Source of the DNA: an uncultured Fibrobacterota bacterium
Lineage (GTDB): Bacteria; Fibrobacterota; Chitinivibrionia; Chitinivibrionales; FEN-1185
DNA length: 64,000 nucleotides
NCBI GenBank assembly: GCA_963753345.1
Contig: CAVWBU010000024.1
Location: 128,001-192,000 of the forward strand
Reading direction: 5' to 3'
Part shown: positions 51,759-61,733 of the stretch, in pieces
How the letters are laid out: each line of letters starts with the position of its first letter
Position numbering within the stretch: the first letter of the stretch is position 1
Notes under the pieces: model-generated
What the model was told of the DNA's origin: nothing
The model's input: only the letters and a program-made list of their open reading frames with translations
Databases searched by the model: none
Made by a program: the position numbers and the translations under genes

Positions 51759-52508
51759 TCACCCCATCTTCTCCGCCTGCCTGCCGGGAAACCATTCCCA
51801 TAACCCGATCGTTCCGTTTTCCATTTTCGCAAACGTGTATTTCCTGATCCATTCCCCTGTGTTAACGTACACCTTGTCGCCGTATCGCCGCAGTTCCGGA
51901 CGGTGCGTGTGCCCGAAAATCACGATATCGCTTCCCTCAAGCAGCTTCCTGGCGCAGCGCCGGTATTCCTCGAGCTTTTCCTCGGTGATCCAGTCGGCGA
52001 GCATTTTCCTGCTGTTGCCGGAGAAGAATGAGGCCAGCGGCACCCCGATATCGGGGTGAAGCAGCTTGTAAAGCCGTTGATTGAGCCGATTGCGGAGAAT
52101 GCGCTTGAGGATGCGGTATCCCACGTCTTTCTTGACCACGCCGTCGCCGTGAAACAGATGAACCCTTTTCCCCTGGATCGTTGTCTCGAAATGGTCGAGA
52201 TGAATGCGAAGGCCCACAATGTCTCGCAGGAAAGGTCCCAGGGCGAAGTCGTGATTGCCGGCGAGATAGTGGATTTCCACCCCCGATTCCACCAGACCGG
52301 CCAGCCGCGAAACGACCGCAACATAGTCCGGCCTTATCGCGTGCCGGTATTCGATCCAGAAATCGAAAAGATCGCCCACGATATACAGCGCTTCGGCGCC
52401 GTCTTCGATTTCGTCAAGAAACGACAAAAGGTGCTTCTGCCGGTCATCGTGGCCCGGCATTGTTATGCCGAGGTGCGCGTCGGAAATGAAATACGTTGCC
52501 GATTTCAT
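51759..52508 (-). CDS. lpxH: UDP-2,3-diacylglucosamine diphosphatase
   Basis: ISDAHLG, GDLFDFW, GNHD, HGD, FGHTH, NTGEW. Confidence 0.85.
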   Translation of the reverse strand: MKSATYFISDAHLGITMPGHDDRQKHLLSFLDEIEDGAEALYIVGDLFDFWIEYRHAIRPDYVAVVSRLAGLVESGVEIHYLAGNHDFALGPFLRDIVGLRIHLDHFETTIQGKRVHLFHGDGVVKKDVGYRILKRILRNRLNQRLYKLLHPDIGVPLASFFSGNSRKMLADWITEEKLEEYRRCARKLLEGSDIVIFGHTHRPELRRYGDKVYVNTGEWIRKYTFAKMENGTIGLWEWFPGRQAEKMG

Positions 52509-52653
52509 GATAGTGCCCGATGTTCTTTACAAAGAGAGAAGACGAAATGCGGGGAATTTTTGGAAGGATGAGGCAGAGCGACCATCCTGGAATGCGCTCT
52601 CTGCGGCGTGCGCGTCCGGGGAGTGCCCCGTGCACCGCCGCCGTACGCTCCCG

Positions 52654-52833
52654 CTATTCCCACAGGTCGTCGGTGCTATCGAGATCGCTTGCCATGTCGC
52701 TGAAGTTTGCGTTTTCGTCGTGGAGCGTGCCGAAATTAAGTTCCCTCATATCTTCGGGGGTGTCGTCGTCGTCGTCCAATTCATCTACGTCGCGCAGGAT
52801 TTCGTCCGCGTCGAACTGTTCGTCCAGAATCAT
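52654..52833 (-). CDS. 59-aa very acidic small protein (not in the ORF track)
   Basis: MILDEQFDADEILRDVDELDDDDDTPEDMRELNFGTLHDENANFSDMASDLDSTDDLWE; GGGAGGTG SD; perfect promoter upstream. Confidence 0.8.
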   Translation of the reverse strand: MILDEQFDADEILRDVDELDDDDDTPEDMRELNFGTLHDENANFSDMASDLDSTDDLWE

Positions 52834-52889
52834 TCGATCTCACCTCCCTTCCCATGATGCTCGCTTGGCGTTCCGTAATTTGCAAGAGA

Positions 52890-52918
52890 ATTATAATGGA
52901 TTTTCTAATCCGTGTCAA
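52890..52918 (-). promoter_or_regulatory. Consensus sigma70 promoter with palindromic spacer
   Basis: On the minus strand TTGACA-N17-TATAAT; the spacer contains GGATT-AGAA-AATCC. Confidence 0.85.
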
Positions 52919-53130
52919 TATTTTTTTTGAAAAGGTTTTCGCGCAAAATCCCCGAATTCCCGCCGGTGCGCAACGTCCCGCCACCGGCACTCGATACTAC
53001 GTCGTGCGTTTCCCGAATATTACTCCCCATGCCGAAAAAGAGACGGACATTCGACGGCGGCTTGCAGGCGTGGAACGGTGCCCGTGTGCGACTGATTTGC
53101 CGAGAGGATTATACCGAGGATCCGAGGAGC

Positions 53131-53391
53131 CTACGACGAGCCTTTTTTCTTGAAGATGTCGTTGATTTCCTGCTGCACTTTCGCTTTGTAAAGCACTTCT
53201 TCGAGGTCGTGGGCAATCTGCTTGCCTTCGCTGAGCATTGCCGCCCTTTTTTCGAGAAGTGCGATTTCAAGTTCGCGGCGCTTGTTTTCTTCTTTGCGTA
53301 TCTTGAAAACAAGGATCGAATGTCCCAGGGAGAGTCCCAGAAGCACGATGAGGATTTGAATAATCCAGAAAATGAGATATTCTTCGAACAT
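53131..53391 (-). CDS. Small single-TM protein with coiled-coil tail
   Basis: N-terminal hydrophobic helix followed by a charged heptad region. Confidence 0.65.
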   Translation of the reverse strand: MFEEYLIFWIIQILIVLLGLSLGHSILVFKIRKEENKRRELEIALLEKRAAMLSEGKQIAHDLEEVLYKAKVQQEINDIFKKKGSS

Positions 53392-53530
53392 CCGAATCGG
53401 CCCCGTTTCACTACGTGCGCACCTTTTTCCGCCGCCCTCTTTTCAATGCACCCTTAAAATATCTCCGGCATGAGGGGATTTCAATAATTTCGGGATTTAT
53501 TTGGCCGCACGTCCAGGCATTTTTCCGGCG

Positions 53531-55990
53531 CTAGACCACCGGAAACGCATCGGTGTTGAAGTTCATCCTGCGCGCGAATTCGAGGAGCCGGATAAGGGTG
53601 TCCCGGTGCACCGAGCCCGGCGATTTCCGGAATTCCTGGTACAGGGGAACAAGCGTGGTTTCCATAATTGAGAAGAAAAGGTCTTCGGGCTTGCTTTTTG
53701 AAAACGGGATGCCGAACCGGTCGACGATGTTGAGCAGGTACCGCACACGGTCGGCGGAAACCTCGCTGAGCGTTTCGCCGAATATCTGGAGCTCCGAGAG
53801 GAGCAGGTCGAGCAGGAGCCGGGCGCTTTCGGCGTAATCGATGGTGATGCCGTACTTCCGCGACTTTTTCCATAAGTCAAGAAGCCTGGTCCACACCTCG
53901 TCCTCGCGGCCGTAAATCTCTATCTCGTTGATGGTGACGTTCCACGTCGCGGTGAGGACGTAGGCGATGGGCGCGGCGACGTACGGGGGCAGCGGCACGC
54001 CGAGGCTGGACAGCGAATCGAGTATCTTTTCGTTGCGCTCCATCCATGACGCGTACTTTTCGCGCGTGTCCTTCGCCATCTCGCCGAGAAAGAATCCGGC
54101 GAGTCTCACTTTCGATTCCTCGAACATCGACGAAAGGTTAAGCGCCACGGAGGTCGGATGGGCCTTGATGCCCTCGGGGTTCTCCGCGGCCGCATCGGCG
54201 GGAACGCACCACCCGTTAAGCAGGCCGTCCTCCTTTTCGAGGCACAGGGAAAAACGGCCGCGCTCCCCGCTGCTGCGGTTGCGTATGTCCGCCGTGAACA
54301 AGCCGCCGGCCTTGTGCCCGCCCGGCCGGGCACCCCCCGGAACCGACAGGGACACCTCGAAGCCGTAATAGTCGAACCTGCGCTCGGCCGCCTTGTCCGG
54401 CGCGACGGTCTTTTCCGCCGCCGCCGTAAAACAGAGCATTTCGAGATGGCGGAGGTAGGGCGCGACGGTCTCCCGGAAAATGGTGGCCCCGCTCTTTTCC
54501 GGAATGTTGCTTTTCGCGCCGGAAAGCATTTGCACGAACTCGTCGGTGACGCTTTCGCGCCGCAAGGGGTCGATGCCGAGCTGGAGCGCACGTCCGGCGT
54601 ACATGATGTTCTGCACGGTCTCTATGCCGCTCACGTCCGAGAAAAACCACCCGCACGAGGTGAACGAGAACAGCATGTACTTCTGGGCCTCGAGCAGGCG
54701 CCTCAGGGCGAGAGCGTCCTCGTCGGAACAGCCGGCGCGCACGCCATGCTTTACAATATGCGATTTGAATTCCGCGAGCGTGCGGGTGTCTGCAAACCCC
54801 ATATACGCATCGCGCAGTTTCCACGGATCGGCCGCGTGCGGCGAGACGGCCGCTTCGAATTCGTCGTCGACATGCTTCTGCAGGCGCTCAAACGCGGCGC
54901 GGAGCGGGCCGCGCCACGCCTGGTTCCACGAGGGCGGGCCGCCCGCCTTGCATCCGCAGTCCCGCGCCCACCTGCCCACGCCGTGGATGCAGCTCCATGC
55001 CGTGCCTTCGCCGAATTCGTTCTTGAGCGCCACCTCGAACACGGGAGGATTCTTCTCCAGATACCAGCCGAAATTGACCGGCACGATGTTCATTTCGGAC
55101 GCAAGCCTTCCAAAGAAATAGGCAAGGCACATGTCGCCGAACGGCTTGTGGTGACCGAACGTCTCGCCGTCGGTGGCGATCACCACCACCTGGTCGCGTT
55201 CGTCTGCGTCGTCGTAGCAGGAACGTATCTTCGCTCCGAGCGCGCCGGCGCTCGACAGGAGATCGCCGAAGCTCACCTCTCTCGACAGGCCTTCGTTGAA
55301 GAAAAACGCGTCGATGTGGCCGCCGAGCCTTGCGCCGGCCTGGTCGCGGTTGTAAATACGGTACGCGCGCTTCGTGTCGAAACCGCTCCCGGCGGGCCGC
55401 CACGGCCCCTTCCCGTCGAGGCCCCGGAATGTCTCGGCCTGGGCCGGCGACAGCACCACGAACCGCACGCCTTCCTCGATGAGGCACTGCACGGTCTCCA
55501 TGTTGATTGCCGTCTCGGCGAGCCAGATCCCTTCGCATTCGCGTTTGTAACGCGACCGGAAGAATTCCTTTGCCCAGCGTATCTGCGTTAGTTTGTCCCG
55601 CCGGGACGCGAGCGGCATAATCACGTGGTTGTACACCTGGGCCACGGCATTGCCGTGCCCGCCCCGGGCCGCGCAGGTCTCCCGGTCCGCCGCCACGATC
55701 CGCGCCGTGACCTTCGGGTGGTTCTTTTCGAGCCACCGAAAGAGCGTGGGGCCGAAGTTGTGGCTCATGTGCAGGTAGTTGTTGCGTATGTCAACGATCA
55801 TGCCGCGCTGGTCGAGGATGCGCGAGAAGGCATTGGGCCGGTAGCACTGGTCGTAGATGCGCTCGTTCCAGTCGTGGTAGGGCGACGCGGAACCCTGTTT
55901 TTCTATAAAGTCAAGCCACGGGTTTTCGCGCGGCGGCTGGTAGAAATGGCCGTGGATCACCACGTACCGGTTCGCGGCGCCGCCCGTCAT
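53531..55990 (-). CDS. GH57-family glycoside hydrolase with DUF3536-like region
   Basis: IHGHFYQPPRENPW, NFGPTL, YNHVI.PL, WLAETA, ATDGETFGHH, WSC.HGV.RW, FTSCGWFF. Confidence 0.92.
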   Translation of the reverse strand: MTGGAANRYVVIHGHFYQPPRENPWLDFIEKQGSASPYHDWNERIYDQCYRPNAFSRILDQRGMIVDIRNNYLHMSHNFGPTLFRWLEKNHPKVTARIVAADRETCAARGGHGNAVAQVYNHVIMPLASRRDKLTQIRWAKEFFRSRYKRECEGIWLAETAINMETVQCLIEEGVRFVVLSPAQAETFRGLDGKGPWRPAGSGFDTKRAYRIYNRDQAGARLGGHIDAFFFNEGLSREVSFGDLLSSAGALGAKIRSCYDDADERDQVVVIATDGETFGHHKPFGDMCLAYFFGRLASEMNIVPVNFGWYLEKNPPVFEVALKNEFGEGTAWSCIHGVGRWARDCGCKAGGPPSWNQAWRGPLRAAFERLQKHVDDEFEAAVSPHAADPWKLRDAYMGFADTRTLAEFKSHIVKHGVRAGCSDEDALALRRLLEAQKYMLFSFTSCGWFFSDVSGIETVQNIMYAGRALQLGIDPLRRESVTDEFVQMLSGAKSNIPEKSGATIFRETVAPYLRHLEMLCFTAAAEKTVAPDKAAERRFDYYGFEVSLSVPGGARPGGHKAGGLFTADIRNRSSGERGRFSLCLEKEDGLLNGWCVPADAAAENPEGIKAHPTSVALNLSSMFEESKVRLAGFFLGEMAKDTREKYASWMERNEKILDSLSSLGVPLPPYVAAPIAYVLTATWNVTINEIEIYGREDEVWTRLLDLWKKSRKYGITIDYAESARLLLDLLLSELQIFGETLSEVSADRVRYLLNIVDRFGIPFSKSKPEDLFFSIMETTLVPLYQEFRKSPGSVHRDTLIRLLEFARRMNFNTDAFPVV

Positions 55991-56130
55991 ACTACACCGC
56001 CCGGGCCCGCCGGGGGTAATTCGCGGAACCTCGGGGAAAATACGCCTGCTCTTTTGTGGATGATCGCGCGTGCGGCCGGCCTGGTGCTCATGGTTCTCCG
56101 GGTGAAAGAAATCCGATCCAATCGGTGGAG

Positions 56131-56270
56131 CCCCGCCGACAGGAGTCGGCGGCACCAAAAATTTCCTTCGGCTCCGGGAGCCGAAGGCTGCTTGTGCGAC
56201 GCTTCGGCGTCCCCGAAGGGGGGCGACATCCCGAAGCAGAAGGCCCCCGACAAAATCGGGGGCCTTCTGC
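56131..56270. repeat. Run of five GC-rich hairpins
   Basis: CCGCCGAC/GTCGGCGG, CCTTCGGCTCC/GGAGCCGAAGG, GACGC-TTCG-GCGTC, CCCC-GAAG-GGGG and a perfect 15-bp GCAGAAGGCCCCCGA/TCGGGGGCCTTCTGC. Confidence 0.6.
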
Positions 56271-56322
56271 GTAGTGGGTAAAAATATACTTCATGGAAAT
56301 CAGCTTCCCGCAGGAGCATCCG

Positions 56323-57759
56323 TCAATGGCGCGGCCCCTTTCCGAGGCGCGAAAGGAGCTGCTTCGCCCTGATCGCGAACACGTCGCCCGGACTCGAAAG
56401 CACGAGTTTTTCCAGAAGGGCGGCGCCCCGGCTGCCGTCGCCTTGCCTTATGAGAATTTCGGCGCGAAAGTATTCCAGTTCCGGCGACGTTTCGGCGGCC
56501 CCGATCTGCGAAAGAACCTTCGCGGCGTCGTCGACACAATCCTGTTCCAGCAAAGCGGCGACCATCTCGCACGCAAGCATCCGCCGCGCGCCGGGTGCAA
56601 ACGCGGACAGCGGCACGGCCGCGGCCTTTTTCGGCCTGCCCAGCCACAGGGCGTATTCCACGGCGCCGAAATCCTTCAGCGCATCGGGCGAGTCCCTGAG
56701 CACCTCGAGCTTGTAGCGGAACGCAAGCACCTCGCGGCCGTATTCCCAGCCCGGCGCAACGGCAACCGTGTCGATCCACCCTTCGAGGCTGTCCGCCTGC
56801 CCCAGAAACACGGTTGTCCGGATCTTCCACACCGTCTGCGCCTGGCGGTCTCCGCGGATCGCGGCAGCGCACCCGGCCGCGCGTACACAATCGCCCGAAT
56901 ACAGCGCCTGGCGTACCGCAAGGGTGTCCCGGGGGACCGACGCGGGAAGGGCGGCGATCAGGCTGTCTGCTTTGTCAAGGAGCCCGGCTCGCTGCAGGAA
57001 CGCGGCCGCCTGCGCGCGGAAGCGCGGGTCGGAAAGCCGGGCACGCGGGAGCCACAGTGCGGCCTCCGCGTTTTTTCCCATTTTCAAATAGCACTGGTAC
57101 ACGATGGCCGCAGCCAGCGATTGCTCCCTGGGATCGGTACAGCGGCGGAAGGCCTCTGTGGCCGGCGCCACCGCATCGGAAACAAAACCCATGGCCATCC
57201 GCTCGCGCGCGAGACCGAGAAAGTCGCGGGCCGACGGGAAATGCGGCGTGTCGAGCTCCCGAAGCACGTCGACCGCCTCCGCAAACAGGGAGGAATATTC
57301 GTAGGTGCGCGACAGCCATTGCTTGATTCTCAATGTGTCGCACCGGTCGCGGGCAAGGGCGCATTGGCGGTACGCACCAAGGGCCAGGCGCCGTGTTTCC
57401 ATGGGCCTGTCTTTCAGGATTTCGGACAGCCGCGCGCAGGCGAGGTCCGCCATGCCGGGCGCCATCGAGCCGGTTTTGCAGCAGAGCACGCCGGCATCGC
57501 CGTATCGGGCAAGCGCGGCCTTTGCCGGCATCCAGGTGAGGTAGTCGAGACCGTCGAGCGCTCCCGCCGAATCGGCGATGGAAAGCAGGCTGTCGGCCTC
57601 CGCGATGTTCCCTTTGTCAAGATCGGAAAGGCCGCGCAAGCGGCAGGCTTGGACCTTCTGGCGGTCGAAACGGGGCGCAGCGCCGACCGGCGGCGGTCCG
57701 GCGGCCGCCGCGCACACCGCAACAAGGATCGTCAGCAAGGTCTTGACAGCATGCGCCAT
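56323..57759 (-). CDS. Secreted alpha-helical (TPR-like) protein
   Basis: Signal peptide; Ala/Leu-rich helical repeats; C-terminal TPR-like A..LLEKLV...PG..FA..A. Confidence 0.65.
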   Translation of the reverse strand: MAHAVKTLLTILVAVCAAAAGPPPVGAAPRFDRQKVQACRLRGLSDLDKGNIAEADSLLSIADSAGALDGLDYLTWMPAKAALARYGDAGVLCCKTGSMAPGMADLACARLSEILKDRPMETRRLALGAYRQCALARDRCDTLRIKQWLSRTYEYSSLFAEAVDVLRELDTPHFPSARDFLGLARERMAMGFVSDAVAPATEAFRRCTDPREQSLAAAIVYQCYLKMGKNAEAALWLPRARLSDPRFRAQAAAFLQRAGLLDKADSLIAALPASVPRDTLAVRQALYSGDCVRAAGCAAAIRGDRQAQTVWKIRTTVFLGQADSLEGWIDTVAVAPGWEYGREVLAFRYKLEVLRDSPDALKDFGAVEYALWLGRPKKAAAVPLSAFAPGARRMLACEMVAALLEQDCVDDAAKVLSQIGAAETSPELEYFRAEILIRQGDGSRGAALLEKLVLSSPGDVFAIRAKQLLSRLGKGPRH

Positions 57760-57762
57760 GGC

Positions 57763-59553
57763 CTACCGCCCCATCCCGGCCGATATCGGGTTCATGACCG
57801 ACACATGCACCCTGCCCAGACTCTTGGTGTCCTGATAATTCCTGGCCCACTCAACGGCCGCGCTGCCGATTTTTGACGGAATGCGAATGCCAAGGCCGTA
57901 GCCGAAGAGTTTGGTCCCGGAGGACAGGGTAAGACGGTCGGCGGGGCCGAAACCCATGCCGGCGTCTGCGAAGAGATAGAGGGAACCCTGGGGATTGTAA
58001 TAGAACAGACACTCGGCCTGGCCAAAGCCGACCGTCTTGAACGCGAACTCCTGGTCGGCGTAGCCGCGAAGGGAATTGTAGCCGCCCACGCGATACAGCT
58101 CGGCCTGGTTCAGCGAGTCGGCCGCCTCGGAAAACAGCGCGTCACCCGTGAACCTTCCCGCAACTGCCCACCGCTTTGTCAAGGGCACGTGCAGGTTGCC
58201 CGTCATGTCGACATGCCAGCGGTCGAACTGCCGTCCGTTGTTTTTCGCTATACCGCTGCCCGACCGGAGGGAAAAACCGCGGCTCAGTTCGCCGGCGCGG
58301 TAGGCGTTCACGTTCCGCACCAGGATGATGTCGGCGCCCCCGAATTCCGACGACGAACCGGCGGACTCGTTGGAGACTTGGACTTCGTGCGCGGTCACGG
58401 CCAGGCCGAACTGCCAGTAGGAACGCAGCTCCATGAGGCCTTCGAGGCTGCCGTGGAGGTAGCCGTACTGGGACGTATCCTGGCGGATTTCGAGCCCGAA
58501 ATCGCCGGAAGCGAACACGGGAAAATCCAGAAGATACGGCTTGGAAAGCGAAAGTTCCATGCGCTGAAGGTCCTGCTGGCCGTTGTAGGAAAGCTGGGCC
58601 GTTTCGCCCGAATGCAGGATGTTGAGAAGGGAAATATTGACAACGCCGTAAAAGCTGTTCGCAAGCGATGCTCCGCCCGCCTGAAAGGTGAGCGCGCCCT
58701 CGAAGCCGAATCCGCTCTTGTCGGAGCAGGAAAACGGGACCATCACTTTGTCCGGCGGGGCCGTATTTGCTGCGCGGCCGACCGTGTCGGACGGAAGCGC
58801 CGCGTCGAGCACCACGGCCGGTGACGAGACTTCCACCGAGGTCACGTATGCCCGCGACAGCAGCCGTTCACGGGATTCCTCCACCGCGCGCACGCTGAAC
58901 GGCGCGTTTTCCCGGATCGAAACATCGTGCAGAAGCAGCTTGCGGCCGGTCTTGAACTTGCCTATAAGGAGCGGCTTTGCGAAAACGTAGCGTCCGTTTT
59001 CGCGAACGTCAAAAACAACGGAAAGGGAACGTTGCCGCGCACCGCGGGGCCCGGCGGGAAAATCGGCGATGGTACGGACGGCAACTGAAAGGCTCGCAAA
59101 CGGGTACCCCCGGCAGCCGAGATAGTAGATCGTCCTTCCGGCAAGCCACTGGACATACCCGGCGTCGTAGGGAAACGGCAGCTTTACTTTCGCAACCGAA
59201 TCGAGCGGCACGGCGGCGTCGCCCTGCACCCGTACGGAGTCGACGCGGCTGCGTCCGCCCGGGTCGATATGCACGGTCTTCGGGGCAACCGTGTCCCACA
59301 CGGCAAGGAAGAAACCCAGGGAATCGAGCAGGCCGCGCACAGCGGCCGCCTTTGCGCCGGGAGGCGCCTTCTGCACACGGTCGAGCACAAGCCGCGTTGC
59401 GAGGTCGCGTGATTCAACCATGAGATAGGTGTGACCCGAATCGGAGAACTGGACCGGGGTAAACGCTTGCTTTGCGGCTGCAGGAAACGCACAGAGCTGA
59501 ATTACGAGGAGAAGAAGAACGTGTCGCGCGGGGCGCGGCAGGCGACGCGGCAT
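57763..59553 (-). CDS. BamA/TamA (Omp85) family outer-membrane protein with POTRA-like region
   Basis: GYPFA POTRA motif, L.N..HSGE, YRVGG.NSLRGY (VRGY-like loop), GYGLGIR. Start uncertain. Confidence 0.85.
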   Translation of the reverse strand: MPRRLPRPARHVLLLLVIQLCAFPAAAKQAFTPVQFSDSGHTYLMVESRDLATRLVLDRVQKAPPGAKAAAVRGLLDSLGFFLAVWDTVAPKTVHIDPGGRSRVDSVRVQGDAAVPLDSVAKVKLPFPYDAGYVQWLAGRTIYYLGCRGYPFASLSVAVRTIADFPAGPRGARQRSLSVVFDVRENGRYVFAKPLLIGKFKTGRKLLLHDVSIRENAPFSVRAVEESRERLLSRAYVTSVEVSSPAVVLDAALPSDTVGRAANTAPPDKVMVPFSCSDKSGFGFEGALTFQAGGASLANSFYGVVNISLLNILHSGETAQLSYNGQQDLQRMELSLSKPYLLDFPVFASGDFGLEIRQDTSQYGYLHGSLEGLMELRSYWQFGLAVTAHEVQVSNESAGSSSEFGGADIILVRNVNAYRAGELSRGFSLRSGSGIAKNNGRQFDRWHVDMTGNLHVPLTKRWAVAGRFTGDALFSEAADSLNQAELYRVGGYNSLRGYADQEFAFKTVGFGQAECLFYYNPQGSLYLFADAGMGFGPADRLTLSSGTKLFGYGLGIRIPSKIGSAAVEWARNYQDTKSLGRVHVSVMNPISAGMGR

Positions 59554-59609
59554 TAAGAAATGGCGGGAAAGAACCGGAGCGCGAAAAGCGGAAACAACCG
59601 CTTTCCGGG

Positions 59610-60125
59610 TTACGCGGCGCCTTTCTGTTTGCGCTTTTCCAATATTTCCTTGCCCTTCACGGAGTACTTGGCAACCGGGACTTCTTCCAGGCGTTCCACG
59701 GGAATCGGCTCGCCCGTCACGAGGCACGTGCCATAGGTGCCCTCTTCAATACGTTGGAGCGCCTCATCTATTTGCTCAAGATATTTCTGCTGGCGTTCGG
59801 CCAGCCCCATGGAGAATTCCCTGCCGTAGGCAAGCGACGCAGTGTCGCCGAGGTGATAACTGTACCGTGAGTTCTCGCCGGACTGGTCGGCGATGGAGGT
59901 CTTGAGGTTCTCGTTCTGGATCTCGCCCATTTCCTCGAGCACCCTCTTCTTTTCCTTGAGGAGTCTCTCCTTGAAATACGAAAGCTCCTTCCTGGTGAGC
60001 TTTCGCACGGAGACGGCTTCCCGGGACAGAGCCTTCGAGGCTTTCCGGGGCTTGTGCGGCTTTTGCTTTTTTGACGGCTTTGAGGGCCGCTTCGCACCCT
60101 TTTTCGGACGCGATTTCTTGTTCAC
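59610..60125 (-). CDS. DksA/TraR-family regulator with Lys-rich N-terminus and single-Cys finger
   Basis: HLGDTAS, IDEALQRIEEGTYG.C..TGEPI..ERL..VP. Confidence 0.88.
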   Translation of the reverse strand: MNKKSRPKKGAKRPSKPSKKQKPHKPRKASKALSREAVSVRKLTRKELSYFKERLLKEKKRVLEEMGEIQNENLKTSIADQSGENSRYSYHLGDTASLAYGREFSMGLAERQQKYLEQIDEALQRIEEGTYGTCLVTGEPIPVERLEEVPVAKYSVKGKEILEKRKQKGAA

Positions 60126-60412
60126 GGTAAGGTTCCTTGTTGAAAAAGAATTTTCAAATATAGTTCTCGAAGCAGGTGAAAGACAATCCTTTGTTTTAAT
60201 CTTTGTCCTTCATTGTATCATTGCCCAGCAAGGCGTGCCATACAAAAAACCGATGTACCGCGCGCCGCAGGTGTTGGTGATGGCCGACCCTGCCATCGTT
60301 TACTTCCATAGCCCCCTAATCTATTTTTCGGAAGACGCACGAACATTTTCAGAATGTCTCCAACTCCTGCGCTTTGCCCTCCTTGGGGCCACAGAAAGCG
60401 AAACGCACCTTG

Positions 60413-61696
60413 ATGACACGAGTCGAAGCAGCAAAAGAAGGCCTGATCACACCAGAGATGAAAAAGGCGGCCTCCGCGGAGGGCATTGACGCCCGCACCC
60501 TTCGCAGCAGCCTTGCCGATGGCTCCATTGTCATCGCCCGCAACACCGGAAGAAAAATCCGACCGCTCGCCATCGGCGCCGGCACGAGGATAAAGGTAAA
60601 CGCGAACATCGGCACGTCGTCGGCCAAGGCGAGCATCAGGGAAGAACTGCACAAGATGCGCGTGGCGGTCAAACACGGCGCCGACGCGATTATGGACCTT
60701 TCCACCTCCGGCGACCTTTCCGCAATCCGCGCGGCCATTCTCGACGCGTGCCCGGTGGCCGTGGGAACGGTGCCCCTGTACGAAATGGCGCTTGTCGCAA
60801 AGAGAAAACGCAAATCGATCGTGGATCTTTCGGCGCAGGAAATGTTCGAGGTCGTACAGAGCCACTGCGAGCAGGGCGTGGACTTCCTCACGCTCCACTG
60901 CGGCGTAACGCTGCAGTCGGTGGAGCGTTTCAGGCGGGCAGGGAGGCTTGCAGGGTCGGTCTCGCGCGGCGGCACCATCATGATGGAATGGATCCACCAC
61001 AACCGGAAGGAAAATCCGCTGTACGCCGACTTCGGCCGGGTTCTTGACATCTGCGCAAAGCACGACGTGTGCGTGAGCCTGGGCGACGCCTTCCGTCCGG
61101 GCGCCATCGCCGACGCGACCGACCGCGTGCAGGTGGAGGAGCTGGTGATTCTTGGCGAGCTCGTGCAGGCGGCGCGCAAAAAAAACGTGGGCGTGTTCGT
61201 GGAAGGCCCGGGCCACGTGCCCCTCAACCAGATCGCGGCCAACGTGCAGATTGAAAAGACCCTGTGCAACAATGCGCCGTTTTACGTTCTGGGCCCCATT
61301 GTCACCGACGTGTCGCCCGGCTACGACCATGTCTCGGCGGCCATCGGCGGCGCGGTGGCGGGAATGGCCGGCGCCGATTTCCTGTGCTACGTGACGCCCG
61401 CCGAGCACCTGCGGCTTCCGTCCGTCGAGGACGTGCGGGAAGGGGTGATCGCGTCGCGCATCGCGGGCCATGCGGCCGACATTGCCCGCGGACTCCCCGG
61501 CGCAGCCGATTGGGACCGCGCCGCTTCCCGGGCGAAAGTGGACCTTAACTGGGACAAGTTCCTTTCTCTCTGCGTCGACCCGGACAAGGCGCGCGCCTAC
61601 CGCGCATCGCTGCCGCCCAGCGACGATGGGTCCCTGTGCAGCATCTGCGGCGAATTCTGCGCGATCAAGAGGTCTAAGAAGGTACGCCCATTCTAG
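60413..61696 (+). CDS. thiC: Phosphomethylpyrimidine synthase
   Basis: KVNANIGTS, MDLST, GTVPLY, SRGG, SLGD..RPG, EGPGH, C-terminal CSICGEFC. Confidence 0.88.
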   Translation: MTRVEAAKEGLITPEMKKAASAEGIDARTLRSSLADGSIVIARNTGRKIRPLAIGAGTRIKVNANIGTSSAKASIREELHKMRVAVKHGADAIMDLSTSGDLSAIRAAILDACPVAVGTVPLYEMALVAKRKRKSIVDLSAQEMFEVVQSHCEQGVDFLTLHCGVTLQSVERFRRAGRLAGSVSRGGTIMMEWIHHNRKENPLYADFGRVLDICAKHDVCVSLGDAFRPGAIADATDRVQVEELVILGELVQAARKKNVGVFVEGPGHVPLNQIAANVQIEKTLCNNAPFYVLGPIVTDVSPGYDHVSAAIGGAVAGMAGADFLCYVTPAEHLRLPSVEDVREGVIASRIAGHAADIARGLPGAADWDRAASRAKVDLNWDKFLSLCVDPDKARAYRASLPPSDDGSLCSICGEFCAIKRSKKVRPF

Positions 61697-61733
61697 GCTG
61701 GTCCGTACTTTTCCTCACCCCAGGAACATCGTC

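Noticed and set aside
60126-60412. TPP riboswitch upstream of thiC
   Set aside because: No CTGAGA or ACCTGA...GCGTAGG core visible.
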